Source: Andalucia godoyi And28
Taxonomy: Eukaryota > Protista > Jakobida
Direction: 5' to 3'
Length of the DNA: 64,000 bases
NCBI GenBank assembly: GCA_009859145.1
Contig: VRVR01000030.1
Span: 177,097 to 241,096, forward strand
Below are positions 36,114 through 45,955 of the stretch, one piece after another. The notes beneath the pieces are model-generated. The model was not told where the DNA came from and did no database searches. It saw only the letters and a list, made by a program, of their open reading frames with translations. How positions within the stretch are numbered: position 1 is the stretch's first letter; each line of letters begins with the position of its first letter. The translations under genes and the position numbers were made by a program.

Positions 36114-37325
36114 TTATGATACAAAAAATGACGAATTGAATGATTGCAAGGACAGAACGGCAACCTGCGTAATTTCCGGGAAGCTTCGCAAAACCTCTGC
36201 GATATCAAAACCTTGCCATGGCGCTACTACTATCGAAGCAGATTGTGCATCGTTTTGGACGCAGGAAGCAGGAAATGCACTGGAAACCGTACCAGTTTGC
36301 GCGATGGCGAAGTCTATTTCGTTGTCAAATGCTGAAATACTGTCCGACGTTCCTGAAAATTCCTGGCATGACAGGTTGGTTAGCGACATTCTGGACTCAA
36401 TGGAGAACCCCTGAGTAACAAATGGATGCCTGCTCAATTCAATAGAGGTTGATCGCTCATCTGGGTCTTTTTGCAGACAGCAAGAAAGGAATGAAAGGAA
36501 CGCAGACGAGAACAAGCCAGGATTGCGCAAAAAGGGAGGAGCTTCATTTGCAATCATGAAAACGACTCTCATCGGATGAATGTCAGAGCGCGGTGGAGCC
36601 CCTTCTGCAAGTTCGATCAGTGAAACACCAAGGCTCCAAATATCAGCTTTGAAAGCATAGTCGCTACGAGTCACAACTTCCGGTGCCATCCAGTATGGCG
36701 AACCCTGGATGGAATTCCGTTTCGCCATTGTTCCTGGCATTAAAGCCGTAATGCCGAAGTCGCACAGCTTGCAAACAGCGGATCCATCGGGATTGCGAGA
36801 CATGAGAAAATTTGCAGCTTTAAGATCTCGATGCACCAGCTTCTTCTGGTGGTGAAGATAAACCAGGCCAGAAACAATGTCCGCGCAGACGGCCGATATT
36901 TCCAATTCAGCAAGTGGTCTCACGGTTCTTTTCATTAAATCCGACACCGAACCACATTCAGACAGTTCCATGACCATCCAAATGCGGGATTCAAAGCAGA
37001 AACACTGGAAATATGACACGATATTGATGTGGTCCGATCCTCTCAAACTCTCCAATTCCGACCGTATTTCTGTCAGCTGCAAATCAGTCTCATCCAGCGG
37101 TATAATTTTGACTGCGACTTCCATTGGAAGACGATACCCAAGAAAAGGTCGCTTGGCAATTTTCTCCCATCGATGAGCGTCAATCACTTGGGCTTTGTAT
37201 ACAGCACCAAAACTGCCATGGCCAATGCAATCCGTTAGCTTCAGAAAGATCTCAGGATCATCAGTCCGAATCCCGAGAACATTGATAATAGCTTGTTGTG
37301 TTGAAAACGCCTTTGTGGCATCCAT
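36114..37325 (-). CDS. STE20-family Ser/Thr protein kinase (MST/GCK-like)
   Basis: GHGSFGAVYKA, VAVKII, HRDLKAAN, DFG, GSPYWMAPEV, ADIWSLG and IELAEGAPP..IHPMRVVFMI. Confidence 0.92.
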   Translation of the reverse strand: MDATKAFSTQQAIINVLGIRTDDPEIFLKLTDCIGHGSFGAVYKAQVIDAHRWEKIAKRPFLGYRLPMEVAVKIIPLDETDLQLTEIRSELESLRGSDHINIVSYFQCFCFESRIWMVMELSECGSVSDLMKRTVRPLAELEISAVCADIVSGLVYLHHQKKLVHRDLKAANFLMSRNPDGSAVCKLCDFGITALMPGTMAKRNSIQGSPYWMAPEVVTRSDYAFKADIWSLGVSLIELAEGAPPRSDIHPMRVVFMIANEAPPFLRNPGLFSSAFLSFLSCCLQKDPDERSTSIELSRHPFVTQGFSIESRMSLTNLSCQEFSGTSDSISAFDNEIDFAIAQTGTVSSAFPASCVQNDAQSASIVVAPWQGFDIAEVLRSFPEITQVAVLSLQSFNSSFFVS

Positions 37326-37595
37326 TCTGCGTCAGGTTCGTCGTGACTCGAGAAGACCGGAGGTCATGATCGTTCAGTTAAAAAAAGACAAAGGGACTCC
37401 TTGCGCCGCGGCACCGGGATTTTGAGATTTTCAGTCTCGGAAGTCGGAAACTCGGAGAGGTCTTGCCAGTTTGCGCCTTGCGGGGCTTTGAGCAGTTTCT
37501 TTTTTTTCAGAGTGGCAGTTTTCCTCCTGCTCACACATTTTCTCCGGACTACAGTAGCTTCCAGTATTGTAGCCCAAAAAAAAAAAGCGGGCGAT

Positions 37596-38360
37596 GCATA
37601 GCTTCAATAGGATTTGGCTCTAATATTGCTACAAATTGCAAATGTTGGACAGGAATCGATCCTACGAAAGTCAGCCGTCTAGGGGGCAGGTCCCAACAGA
37701 GAGGTGCATGCGCACCCTGTTCTTCAATTTCTGAGATCCGCGTACTCCGTCACCTTGTGCAACAGTCTCTGGGCGGAATTGGAAGTGGCTCCACGTCAGC
37801 ATCCGGCGTGTAGTCTTGTCTTCAATGCGGCATTTCTTCCCTTCTGCTGGTTCTCTCCGCGCCATCCGAGACGTGCCGAATTTCGGAAGCAGGACGCAGT
37901 CATACTGCTCACACAGCCATTTTGCAAGCTTGCGATGCATGTCCGTTGTCAGGTTGCGGATCTGCTGACGTATTCGCAGTCGTGCGCGACGCATCGTGTA
38001 CCGCTTGGGGTCCTTCTTGCATGTATCGATCATCGATTGCAGTCGATCGGACTCCAGACATAAGCTGTGAAAAATCCTTGCGATATCTTTGGACCGCACT
38101 TCCAGAATCCGTCTCCCGTGGGTCGTATCCCCGTCGCGACTGTCCGTACGCCTTTGCCAATAGCGATGGTGCGCGGTGCCGTTGATGATGCGCCTTAGGG
38201 ATTCGGGGCTTGGATTTCGCCCCGCTTCTCAAGTGCCTGCGGATCATGCAAGTAATATTCACCAATACGTGTTCGTTGGATACGCATATCGTAATGGATG
38301 TTGTCCACAGTGGGAACCGGCTCGGACGTTTTGATGGGTTCCTTCAGTTTCGAACTACCT
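37596..38360 (-). pseudogene. Decayed Fanzor2/TnpB (IS607-like OrfB) gene with right-end motif
   Basis: Across frameshifts it reads EPVP..IHYDMRIQRTRIGEYYL, RTIAIGKGVRTVATG-YDP (RuvC-I with Asp lost), RIF..LC..DRLQS, IRNLTTDMHRKLAKWLCEQYDCVLLPKF, KTTRRMLTWSHFQFR-QRLLHK. Then TGTTGGGACCTGCCCC at 37683-37698. Confidence 0.9.
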
Positions 38361-38369
38361 TGTTATCCT

Positions 38370-38645
38370 TTATAACCCACTCTTTACTCTACTTAGTCCC
38401 ACTCACCCCAGATATTTTCTGACATTGTCATTCCATTCACTGTTTTTCAAGCACACCAGTCCATCGTCATTCCGATGTTCCCCGTCATGTCCGCCTCGTC
38501 TGGATCGAGACTGGAATAGTGCGCGCAATATCCATTGGAAGAACGCTTCGGCGTGTTGGGACCTATCCCTTTCCCGGCAACGGGATGCAAGATTGAGCAT
38601 GCATGTCTATTCGTAGATATGCATATTCAGTGTATAATGTTGGCG
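38370..38645 (+). mobile_element. Miniature non-autonomous Fanzor2-family element (left-end motif, nuclease C-terminus, right end)
   Basis: CACTCTTTA left-end motif at 38378, FRC..SC..LDRDWNSARNI (zinc finger/RuvC-III), and a right end highly similar to 53221-53338. Confidence 0.8.
38551..38645 (+). ncRNA. Putative Fanzor omega-RNA scaffold
   Basis: GCGTGTTGGGACCTATCCC, hairpin TCCCG-GCAA-CGGGA and a 17-bp hairpin with TTCG loop (38593-38630). Position at the 3' end of a TnpB-like ORF fits an omega RNA. Expression is not shown. Confidence 0.7.
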
Positions 38646-38809
38646 TCAGACCTGTTTTGTTGAGTCGATGGAAGAAACCTCCGACAGCTGTGGTGGGTAA
38701 GACGGTGATTCGCATGCACACCTGCACACTTTTCTGATTGTACTCGGCTCCCAGGTTTCTATCTAACGCAATTTGCTCGTTTTCAGTAGCAAAGACGTTG
38801 TTACGGACA

Positions 38810-39466
38810 ATGAAGCCCACACACTTTCTTGCTATGCGTATTCGAGACTCCGTTATCTTGCAGTCTTTGCGTTCTACTCAGCAGCTTATGATCAGTGGCG
38901 TTGAAGCGGATGCGACGTCCGCTGTTATCAAGGAGTGCGCATATGACGTGTCGAAAGCACACATCACTCTTTGCGTCTTGCAATTATCTAATGCAGACGA
39001 AGTTCGACAAGCGCAAACAATCCTCTACGACCTTCAGTCTGTGTTTTCGGAACTTCTTGGAGGATGTTCGTTCACAGTGGCCGGCATAGATGCGTTTTGG
39101 GGAGAAAGAGTTGTTTATGCGAAAGTTCAGGTGACGGAATCCTTTATGTCATTCCAAAAACATGTGAAGGATGCCTTTTCAGATCTGTCGTTTCCACGTG
39201 CTGTGAGGTCTCCTTCATCAAGTCTTAGATCTGCAGACTCGCACGATCCCGTACCGTATCAGCCGCATGTCACGCTGTTCAAGACATCCAGTTTGTCGAA
39301 AAGGAATCCGTCGGTCAGGCTGCCCTTTCAACAATGGGTCTTGAATCATTCACATGCAACTTTTGGGTCTGAGCGTATCACCAGTTTGGAGCTGTGTGCA
39401 ATGAAAAGTCAACCAGATGGTTACTTTGTTGTCGAATCCTCTGTCTCGATTAGCGATGCCACGTAA
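38810..39466 (+). CDS. 2H phosphoesterase, AKAP7/ASCC1-like
   Basis: PTHFLAMRI, two HxT motifs (HITL, PHVTL) and FGSERITSLELCAM..DGYF. May splice (GTAACA 39463..AG 39534) into a further in-frame exon. Confidence 0.8.
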   Translation: MKPTHFLAMRIRDSVILQSLRSTQQLMISGVEADATSAVIKECAYDVSKAHITLCVLQLSNADEVRQAQTILYDLQSVFSELLGGCSFTVAGIDAFWGERVVYAKVQVTESFMSFQKHVKDAFSDLSFPRAVRSPSSSLRSADSHDPVPYQPHVTLFKTSSLSKRNPSVRLPFQQWVLNHSHATFGSERITSLELCAMKSQPDGYFVVESSVSISDAT

Positions 39467-40043
39467 CAGGTATAGTGTATTTTCCTCGTTTTCCATTTTG
39501 TATTTGTTTCTTGAGACTTGTTTGTCATTGACAGAATTTTTTCCAGTGTAGACACACTATTGGAGCTGGAACCATCATTTGCAGCCGTCGCTACTCACTT
39601 CCGTCCCCGACGTTGCAAACAATACTTGTGTGCAGTGATGGACGAGGGTCTGCCAAAACTCTTCTTCACACCTCGCGAAATAGTTATCGAATGCCCACTC
39701 ACTTCTAATCGCTTGTATGTGTGCAAGCCATCACGAGTGTCCGAAGTCAACAGTGCACTGAAGCGGATTCCCCGATTTGGAAGAAGAATGTATCCATGCG
39801 CACGCACTTGCTCGGGGTCTCTTTTTTTTTTTTTTTTGTTGTTGTTGTTGTTGTTGGAATTGGAAAGACAAGCTGTCTCTTTTGCCAAACTTTTCTGCAC
39901 AAAGTCCATTGGACATCATAACCATTGAAGAGAATAGGGCGAGAAAAGCAATAATTTACAAAGGAATTGGAATGGAATATCTTTTGGTGGATCATAGGAA
40001 GGAATAGCTTTGAGGTCGCACAGGTACTCAATGCAATCGAACA

Positions 40044-41735
40044 CTATCGTCTCCTTGCTGACCGAGAGCTGTCGGTTAAGGACCGACGAGAAGCCGGGGA
40101 CGCTGGCGATGAGCCTTGGCGGACAACAGGAATGCGAATGGATGGAATTACCAGTTTTTGAGTGGCAGCAGAAGCCGGAGTGGGAGCTTGCGACTCGTCA
40201 GCAGAATACGATCCCTCAGAATCATCGTCGGACTCGGATGTGTCCGAGCCTGAGCGAGCACTGTACAGCACTGTCCTTGCGGATGCAATCTGAATGTCGC
40301 CGTTTCCAGAAAGCACTCGTTCGGAGTCTTTCTTCTCCAAAAGGGCTGCTTCTCCAACAGTTTTTGTGGGAAGAGACAACTGCAAATCCGATTGTTGAAG
40401 CGAAATGTGCTGTCGGAAAGATGACCCGCTTTGAGGTTGCATTGTTGGGGATTGGGGAACTGGAGTAAACGTGCGAGGATCCTGCTGTTGAAGCGCTGCA
40501 TCGGACGAATCGTGTGATGTATCCTCCAACATACTCATGTCATTCATGTTTCCCAAATCGACTCCAGAAATCTCCTTGTACCGTTGTCGCATCTTTTTGT
40601 GCTTGTCAACGAGCTCTTGCTCCTGAATTCGCAACAAGCCAAGTTCTTGTTCCACATCTGTAATATCTCTCTTAATTCTGTCTCCAACCACCACCTCCAT
40701 TCTTTGTTCACGATCCTCAGCATCCTCGGTTGCGCCTTCAAAATGCTCTGAGGATCGTGTCTCTGCCCGAACCCCCTTTGGAAGCGCAGTCCGCATCACC
40801 GACACAGCAATCTCTGCTTGGGTCTCCACTTCCGAAATTCTTTGTTGTAATGATTTCTGTTTGATATAAAAGTCTCCCGAAGTTTGGAATCGATCTGACA
40901 TCAATGCGATTTCTTTTTCTCTCTGAGACATTCGTTTCTTCAACGTCAAGTTTTCTTCTGCCAAACCGTCAGCCTCGCTTTGTGCTTCCTGAAGCTTTCT
41001 GCACATTGTCGCATGTTCTGCTCGAATCTTGGAATACTCCAGCAAAAGAATTTCATAAGAAGAATCCAATTGATCGGCTGATGGAGAGACCGTAACATTC
41101 ATGGTTTCGTATGCTGTTTTAATCCTTCGCAGCAACGATCCGAAAGCTACGTCTCTGCTAATGACCTTGTCAAACATCTCTCGAAACACTTCAACAGTCT
41201 GAGCACGTCGACTCCCATTTTCATCATCAAACTGATTCTCAATGCTTTGCAGTTTTTCAGACAGCTCTACTTCTAAAGTCAGTGCAGCGGACCGGAAGTC
41301 TGTTGTTGGTTTCTTCGGCGACGAATCCACAGTAAAAAATCGGTTCGCCGACAGAGATCCGACTGTTGCAGCTCCGATGCTTCTATGCGTAAGTTCTGAA
41401 GTTGACAGCTTCTGGTTAATAAATGCGTGGTAGGTTGAGGAAGCTGACGTCGGTCGACTGTTTCTGTTCGAACTCTTTGAACGCGCAGATGACGAACCAG
41501 TAAAATTCCCAATAGCAGAGCCTTTTGGAGTAGAAGTGAGGGAAAAAGAAGGTGAGGAGGACATCACGGCAGCCAAAGTCGCTTTCTTGGCTGTCGACGG
41601 AGCCGCGGAATGATGGTCCGAAGCAGCACTTGTTCGATGACGCGCAGCTGACGATGGACGAATCCCAAAAGCCAGTTTATCTGACGAAGAGCGCTGGATG
41701 AATGACGAATCCGCACGGCCCCGTGCATCCATCAT
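40044..41735 (-). CDS. Coiled-coil protein with TSNAXIP1-N/C6orf118-like segment
   Basis: VFREMFDKVISRD..FGSLLRRIKTAYE followed by coiled coil. The start is uncertain and an upstream exon is possible. Confidence 0.65.
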   Translation of the reverse strand: MMDARGRADSSFIQRSSSDKLAFGIRPSSAARHRTSAASDHHSAAPSTAKKATLAAVMSSSPSFSLTSTPKGSAIGNFTGSSSARSKSSNRNSRPTSASSTYHAFINQKLSTSELTHRSIGAATVGSLSANRFFTVDSSPKKPTTDFRSAALTLEVELSEKLQSIENQFDDENGSRRAQTVEVFREMFDKVISRDVAFGSLLRRIKTAYETMNVTVSPSADQLDSSYEILLLEYSKIRAEHATMCRKLQEAQSEADGLAEENLTLKKRMSQREKEIALMSDRFQTSGDFYIKQKSLQQRISEVETQAEIAVSVMRTALPKGVRAETRSSEHFEGATEDAEDREQRMEVVVGDRIKRDITDVEQELGLLRIQEQELVDKHKKMRQRYKEISGVDLGNMNDMSMLEDTSHDSSDAALQQQDPRTFTPVPQSPTMQPQSGSSFRQHISLQQSDLQLSLPTKTVGEAALLEKKDSERVLSGNGDIQIASARTVLYSARSGSDTSESDDDSEGSYSADESQAPTPASAATQKLVIPSIRIPVVRQGSSPASPASRRSLTDSSRSARRR

Positions 41736-42110
41736 CACAGCTAAACTTTCTGACCTGAAAAACAAATCGGTCTTCTTGAGATCAAACTGTCTCGTTCGCA
41801 GAAAACAAAAATCACACTGAGAACACGAGAGAAATAAATAATAAATAAAATAAAAAGAGAAAAAACACAAAACTCCGCAGGACACAGCGGTGATCTGGCA
41901 AGCAGTTTGGGAGGAAACTGTAAAAAAAGCTAGCAGGCGGTCGTAGATAGGCAGTGCAGAAAGATGCCATTTCCTGTGCAATCGATTTCTGTTTCCGTTT
42001 CAAAATTTCCTGCAATGAGCAGTGGTGGTGCTGAGCGATTTGTGAGCTGTCGTCATCAGGCCTTCTGAACGTTGTCCGAAAACGGCCCTCCGAATAGTGA
42101 ACTTTTCTCG

Positions 42111-42434
42111 ATGGAGTTAATTCGAGCTGCTGATGTTGGTGCATACGACGAAGTTGTGCATCTCGTTGAAAGCAGTAATGTCGACATCAACTATCAGAAT
42201 GAAACTGGAAACTCGGCGTTGCACATTGCTTCCCAGCGTGGGCATGAAAAAATCGTGTGCTACCTTGTAGAACATGGAGCGGACATTTCGCTGGAAAACA
42301 AAGAACAAAAGACTCCGATGCAGCTTGCTGCTCCTAGATTAAGAGGCGTCATGAAGGCCACCAAGGAGATCCAAGAATTGTACAAGCGTCTCGAGGCATC
42401 GTCACAACCAATGGATTCTACGGAGTTGGAATGA
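42111..42434 (+). CDS. Small ankyrin-repeat protein
   Basis: GNSALHIASQRGHEKIVCYLVEHGADI and QKTPMQLA. Confidence 0.85.
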   Translation: MELIRAADVGAYDEVVHLVESSNVDINYQNETGNSALHIASQRGHEKIVCYLVEHGADISLENKEQKTPMQLAAPRLRGVMKATKEIQELYKRLEASSQPMDSTELE

Positions 42435-42572
42435 AATGATAGTTCAATAAAAAAACATAGCAATTACACTTACCCCATGCAAAAGATTCAAAGATGTAAC
42501 GTACAAGTTAATGAAATTTGATCGAGGTGGGAAATCTTAAAAAAATACAAATGCAGCAACCAACCCCCCCTT

Positions 42573-44521
42573 TCATACTTGTGGTTTGGGGCGGTCCCTG
42601 GCTCGCTGAATCAGCGCCTTTCGTTGCGCGCTGCTCAGTTGGTTCGAGCGAAAATCGTCAACAAGCCTGGAAACGTCAACAGACGAATCCAACTGGAGTT
42701 CTGCGTCCAATCCTGCTGCATTCTTCTCCTTCTCCGCCACAGCAGCCATTCCTTGCGAGTTCCGCGAATGGGAATGCTGCGGTGCATTGTAAGGTGGTGA
42801 CGCAGCAGAGGCGGCAGATACAGGTGTGCGGATGGGAAGTACACTGCTCTCGCTGAGATCTGATACTGCCAGTTTCTCTCGGGCTTGCTGAATTTTCAAC
42901 TGCTGCTGCTCAAGTCTGACGAGTTCGTCCTGATACCGGGGTTCCGGTACGCACAGACTGCTGATTACCTGCGGCTGAATGAGCATCTTTGTAATCTCAA
43001 GCTGCGATCGAAGCAAGGCGGAAACAGAGTCGATCTCCCGCTTCAAGGAAGAAATCTCTCGTGCAAGATGCTCTTCGTCTGTATCCATTGACTTCATCAT
43101 CTTCTTGTGTTCGGATTCCTCCAAAATACGCTTTGTCCGCTGAACTTCGCGGTTTCTCACCCGACCCAGTTGTTCTTCAACCAAACTTCGAGCATGAGAC
43201 ATTTCAAGCTCCATCGTCTGAAGCTCCAGCAAAAGTCTCGATTTTTGATAGTCATCTTCGGCAGAATGGTGATTTCGACGGCTTTCATGACCTTCAGCCG
43301 ATGGCGACCGGCTGGAGACAACAGGTGGATCAAATCCACGAGGTTGAGATTCAGAAGACTGCTTCGAATTAGCCGTTTTGACAGCCTCTGGACTACCGCG
43401 ACTGCTCACATTTCTGATGTGCCCTTCCGACACAGTAGCAAGAACTTGAGAAAAAGAACCTGCTGGCGCTGGTTTCTCCGCTTGCAGCCGATTCGAGGTG
43501 ACAGCCCGCAAATCGGCAGCCGCCGACGTTCGCGATTGATCGAGTTCTGTTACTGGCGAGTTAATAGAAGACAATGAAGAGACATTATGCAACGACGAAT
43601 CCTGCAGGTTTTGGTTGTCGTCTCTTGAGAAGACCTGAGAGGCTTTTGTCCGAGCAAGCGAAGGAGAAGGAGCAACAGGGGCCGCAAATCTCTCCAACTC
43701 GGGCTCGATGTGGGGTTCCCTTTGCTGTTCCATGCGAATGTTCTTCTCCAACTCTGCGAAGTTGACCTGATTGTGAGCGTGCGTGTGGTCTAGCACAGAA
43801 ATCGGAGAAGAAAATCCTGCTGATCGTTCTGGATCCCACAATTCGTCAAAGTTCGGTGGGAGATTTTGCCTATCCGGTCTGTTTGCAGCAACAGAGGCGA
43901 CTTCTGGTTTCGTACCCAATATTCGATCGATAAATTGCTGAATGCGCAGACCGAAGATCTCGACTTCGTCCGACAAGTCAATGTCACTCTTTGGAATGGT
44001 GGTCTTCAAAGACTGGATCTTTTGCAGAATGAGCTCGTGCTTTCTTATGCTTGCGTGCGACACAACAGCATGAGCAAATGAATCGCGCAACGATGCAAGG
44101 CTTTCCACTACTTTTTTCCGATCCGCATGAGACAGCCATCGGTCTCTAGGTGAAAACGCAGTCTGTTTCAAAGGAGTACCTTGCCCGAGAGGGGATTTAA
44201 AGGATTTTGCAGACGGAGTCGAAGCATTTGCTTTCGCGGGAGTTCCCAGTTTTTGCCTGTTCTGGGACTTTTGTGCAATTCTTTCAGCCTGCAGAATAAA
44301 GAGAAAATAAAATGTAAATAATGAAAAACGCGGTAAGAACAAGAACATAATACAAAGGAAAAATTGTGTGTGTGTGCGTGTGTGTGTGCATATGTGTGTT
44401 TTGTGTTGTTTTGACATCATACTCTGCGAACTCTGCATTCTGCAGCAATGTCTCGTTCCAAAGCACTGAGCAGCTCGTATTTTTCATGTATAATTTGCCG
44501 AAGGTCCTTCTTTTCATCCAT
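42573..44521 (-). CDS. Hypothetical low-complexity/coiled-coil protein; join complement(42573..44288,44423..44521), further upstream exon possible
   Basis: A phase-0 GTATGA..CTGCAG intron joins MDEKKDLRQ..RVRR to AERIAQK.. and a long open frame. Confidence 0.7.
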
Positions 44522-44544
44522 TCCTGCCGACCTTTTTAGACCCC

Positions 44545-44548
<4 letters not shown>

Positions 44549-44620
<72 letters not shown>
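44549..44620. repeat. (CT)36 microsatellite
   Basis: Perfect dinucleotide run. Confidence 0.97.
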
Positions 44621-44623
<3 letters not shown>

Positions 44624-44956
44624 TCCTCTCTGTTGTTGTTCTCCCTGTGGTGTTCTCCCCGTGGTGTTCTGCCGTTGGACAACACCCATATTCGAAACCA
44701 CGAGGACACTTTTCCAGATTCCCGGGGACAAAAACGGAGACCGTCTCGCGCAGAATCAATTGAGCGTAGAAAGGTCGTCTGTCTTTTGAATTTCTTTTCT
44801 TTCCAAAAGACGTTTCCTTCAATTTGCGCCAACCTTTAAATTTATTGGTTGTCCGTGTTTTTTCCTCTTTCTTTTTCTTTTTATTGTTGTGTGGGCGGTT
44901 GTTTTTCATTCGTCACTCGATTCCTTATTATTTTAATTTGTCACTGCCTTGTACTC

Positions 44957-45352
44957 ATGTTCCGTAGATTTGTTCTGTCAGCAGCACCTCGACGCCTCCT
45001 TTCGACAGATGCGTCGAGCATTGGTACAAAGGATCCACTTCCTGTTGGAATGAAGACGGAGCCGCACGCGCTGATTGTTTTGGAGAATCTGTACCGCAAG
45101 CTGGTGTCAGATGTTTCTGCTTTCCCAGAAGCAGCCGTGTATCGCAAGAATGTCGAGGCTGCGTCCAGAGCTGGAATTGAAGCTATCCGCTCTGCGCGGG
45201 AACAATCAAAGGGTGTCGAGGAACAGGCGGTTGCCGCCATCGAGGCAAAGTACAATGTGGCATCCATCGAATTTCTCATTCGATCTGCACGAAAGGAAAT
45301 TTCTCTTGCCGCTGAAATGACACAGTGGAAACCATGGAGTACTCAAAACTAG
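44957..45352 (+). CDS. NDUFA5: NADH:ubiquinone oxidoreductase subunit A5 (B13)
   Basis: Transit-peptide-like N-terminus, LY..L....P..AVYRKNVE, IEFLIRSARKEISLAAEMTQWKPW. Confidence 0.8.
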   Translation: MFRRFVLSAAPRRLLSTDASSIGTKDPLPVGMKTEPHALIVLENLYRKLVSDVSAFPEAAVYRKNVEAASRAGIEAIRSAREQSKGVEEQAVAAIEAKYNVASIEFLIRSARKEISLAAEMTQWKPWSTQN

Positions 45353-45431
45353 TGGGCGCGAACGAAAAAACAATAATAAACAAACATGTTCCTTCATATT
45401 TTTTTTAATAATTGAATTTATGGAATTAACA

Positions 45432-45556
45432 ATTAACGTTTCACCTACATTGTTGTACACTGAGTATGCCTGGCCCATCGGTAGTCATGCGTAATTAATT
45501 GTTGCAACCCGGGCCATGTCCGCATGGGACGGAAGGGGGGGTAGGCCCCAACACGC
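45432..45556 (-). ncRNA. Putative omega-RNA scaffold (diverged copy)
   Basis: Aligns with the 53221-53338 scaffold. CCTAC can pair with downstream GTAGG. The long hairpin is degraded. Confidence 0.55.
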
Positions 45557-45760
45557 CTACTCCTCACGCAGCCATTTTGCAAGCTTGCGATGCATTTCCG
45601 TCGTCAGGCTGCGGTGGAAAATGTCATACGTCTTGCAAAGCGTGGCAGAGAGTCACGTGCACTGGCACCGCGTGGAAAAAAGAAAAAGACACAAAAAACA
45701 AAGGAGGTTGCTGCTTTAAAGAGTGTCCCAAAAACCAGTGTCTGAACAGTTTGGCTAAAC
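45432..45760 (-). mobile_element. Miniature non-autonomous Fanzor2-family element
   Basis: Internal piece RSLTTEMHRKLAKWL (45566-45615 matches 37911-37960 at ~45/50 nt). Right end GCGTGTTGGGGCCTACCCC...AATGTAGG-TGAAACGTTAAT. Left-end block GCTGCTTTAAAGAGTGTC shared with 53625-53642. Confidence 0.85.
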
Positions 45761-45955
45761 GAACAAATCTGGATTCTCATTTTCGTTTGCTTGTTGTTGT
45801 TTGCGTACGTTCATGCATGTCGCTTGTTGTCGTCTTTGTGAGTATTGGTTCAATACAATAGCCTCGCAAACTTTGACAGAAGGAGCATTCAGGGATTTTT
45901 CAAAATGTAAAATTAAACAAAAAGAGGCAAACATTGTTTTTCTTAAGTTAATTAT

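Noticed and set aside
44417-44909. ORFs with ERERER or SLSLSL tracts
   Set aside because: Translation artefacts of the (CT)36 microsatellite.
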